This document shows, one piece after another, positions 63,001 through 63,068 of a stretch of 63,068 bases of DNA (its first letter is position 1; each line of letters begins with the position of its first letter). Made by a program: the position numbers and the translations under genes. The notes beneath the pieces are model-generated. The model was not told the origin of the DNA. It saw only the letters and a list, made by a program, of their open reading frames with translations, and ran no database searches. Source of the DNA: an uncultured Candidatus Saccharibacteria bacterium (GTDB lineage: Bacteria > Patescibacteriota > Minisyncoccia > Portnoybacterales > UBA2143). The DNA lies in assembly GCA_964413015.1 (NCBI GenBank), contig CAYPQZ010000005.1, positions 1 to 63,068 on the forward strand. The letters are read 5' to 3'.

Positions 63001-63068
63001 TATATTTGCCTGTTTTACAATAAACTGATTAGCAACATCATTACTCTTTCCAGCCTGATAACCAATAG
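60034..63068 (-). CDS. Tail-fiber-like surface protein (5-prime truncated by window edge): GNVGIGT repeat beta-structure, peptidase S74-type intramolecular chaperone domain, Cys/Asp-rich MopE-like C-terminus
   Basis: The frame stays open upstream of the track's TTG to the window end (..IGYQAGKSNDVANQFIV..). At least 7 GNVGIGT[TA][DS]PG repeats. ..MEVARYRWKNW..MLGVIVEDE..SLYDYATFAIAGVKA.. (S74-like). ..DLDGDGYG..CNDFDPEINPGTAELCDDEIDNNCDGIIDEGC.. Confidence 0.75.
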   Translation of the reverse strand, partial: IGYQAGKSNDVANQFIVKQANINAVPLIQGDFSTGTVGIGTTDPGSKLTVGGGDIALMEDDGGNSAILLEANNNGGYLSLRYNGGNTIQLNGLSGENSYFNTGGNVGIGTATPRGLLDLGGNNPSASPYIYMNSIISGTTGIRFGEETINDVMFFGYDGTGTGLANSIRIKSGAPNGTDLVTFQNGGNVGIGTTDPGAKLDIVGNKTHTTGDLSGNDAILRLYNEYENDVIGKGAVITFEDNYYDGSYTRTTRAAIKGGTDTTGNTADGFLAFYTDSDGSSSANERMRINKDGNVGIGTASPGAKLEIDSGQIFVPNGTVSAPSYSFSDDPDTGFYSYGANVWALVANGGVSMRGDDYGVMMTSGTESYPSYSFFDSAYTGFYRPANNEIGITINQAEAARIDSTGNVGIGTTSPIAKFSVKGSGTGTDRLLQLTDSNNSEKVTVLDNGNVGIGTDSPGSPLYVQKNQEGYTYITVDNTGTIQEGTGAGFALGESGNVKGGLRFERDYSGQITFFSNDEKMVFQTKNDLVAIYIDTDSTGEGNVGIGTTDPDYVLQVDGDVVPDSDDADDLGKDGLRWSNIWVHTEHVEDIEFANDFRMTEATTTELLDVLTINNASNTPLLYLVENGKVGIATTTPTNILTIGQGMGNAIADGWDVYSSREYKTDITYLEETDYEDILEEIGGMEVARYRWKNWGEDNPQEELSSMDTMLGVIVEDEGTPAEVLSSDGKSISLYDYATFAIAGVKAVKNEVDELSIRVAEIESRALLESTSSDEDADSQGTSLSGLVLDSDGYAVIDKLRTEDLEVVSGGRLAMPQGENEIMGESKIASSSDSAIVENIQIREDSKIFVSFTSNLAGASWWICGKETGRSFKVCLDKETEETLSFDYWIVQASNIPEDNPQNDVLFEENHFDESSSCKNDYFYIDLDGDGYGSSGNFYIGCTPPEGYADNEDDCNDFDPEINPGTAELCDDEIDNNCDGIIDEGCNTATSTDNFIGNETSTSTATSTDE

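Noticed and set aside
1-63068. Alternative genetic code (e.g. UGA recoding, as in some CPR lineages)
   Set aside because: Conserved genes (rpoB, rpoC, recA, serS, ftsK) are full length with the standard code, and several end at UGA. I found no in-frame UGA interruptions.

Overview
AT-rich, gene-dense bacterial window. About 55 of roughly 60 genes are on the minus strand. Gene content points to a reduced Candidate Phyla Radiation (Patescibacteria)-type genome, but that is inference: short dnaX, compact aminoacyl-tRNA synthetases, many membrane-anchored or charged proteins with no recognisable family, GT39/O-antigen-ligase-TPR proteins, and a VirD4-like ATPase next to a membrane-anchored Clp-like ATPase. 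Long ORFs read normally in the standard code.

Layout:
- 1-3.1 kb: end of a mobile island carrying type I R-M hsdM/hsdS and a large serine recombinase. It abuts the 3-prime end of tRNA-Asn.
- 3.1-13.3 kb: envelope genes (GT4, GT2, FKBP, lspA, lipoprotein, ATP-grasp, ECF sigma unit, mltG).
- 13.3-20.5 kb: accessory block next to the 3-prime end of tRNA-Gln. It holds decayed genes and a minimal ATP-grasp plus precursor-peptide (graspetide-like RiPP) module. A mosaic plus-strand repeat family that evolves like coding sequence cuts it into cassette-like units.
- 20.6-30.8 kb: dnaX, GtrA, and a membrane ATPase cluster.
- 31-60 kb: housekeeping genes (serS, lysS, greA, mrdA-mreD-mreC, def-fmt, rpsF-ssb-rpsR, recA, ftsK, rpoB-rpoC). 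Their spacers carry several palindromic repeat families, and one copy sits in frame inside a glycosyltransferase gene.
- 60-63 kb: 5-prime-truncated tail-fiber-like repeat protein.

No rRNA, CRISPR array or transposase was seen. The candidate I rate highest is the graspetide-like module at 18.1-19.3 kb. Next are the coding-like cassette-punctuating repeats and the in-frame palindromic element.
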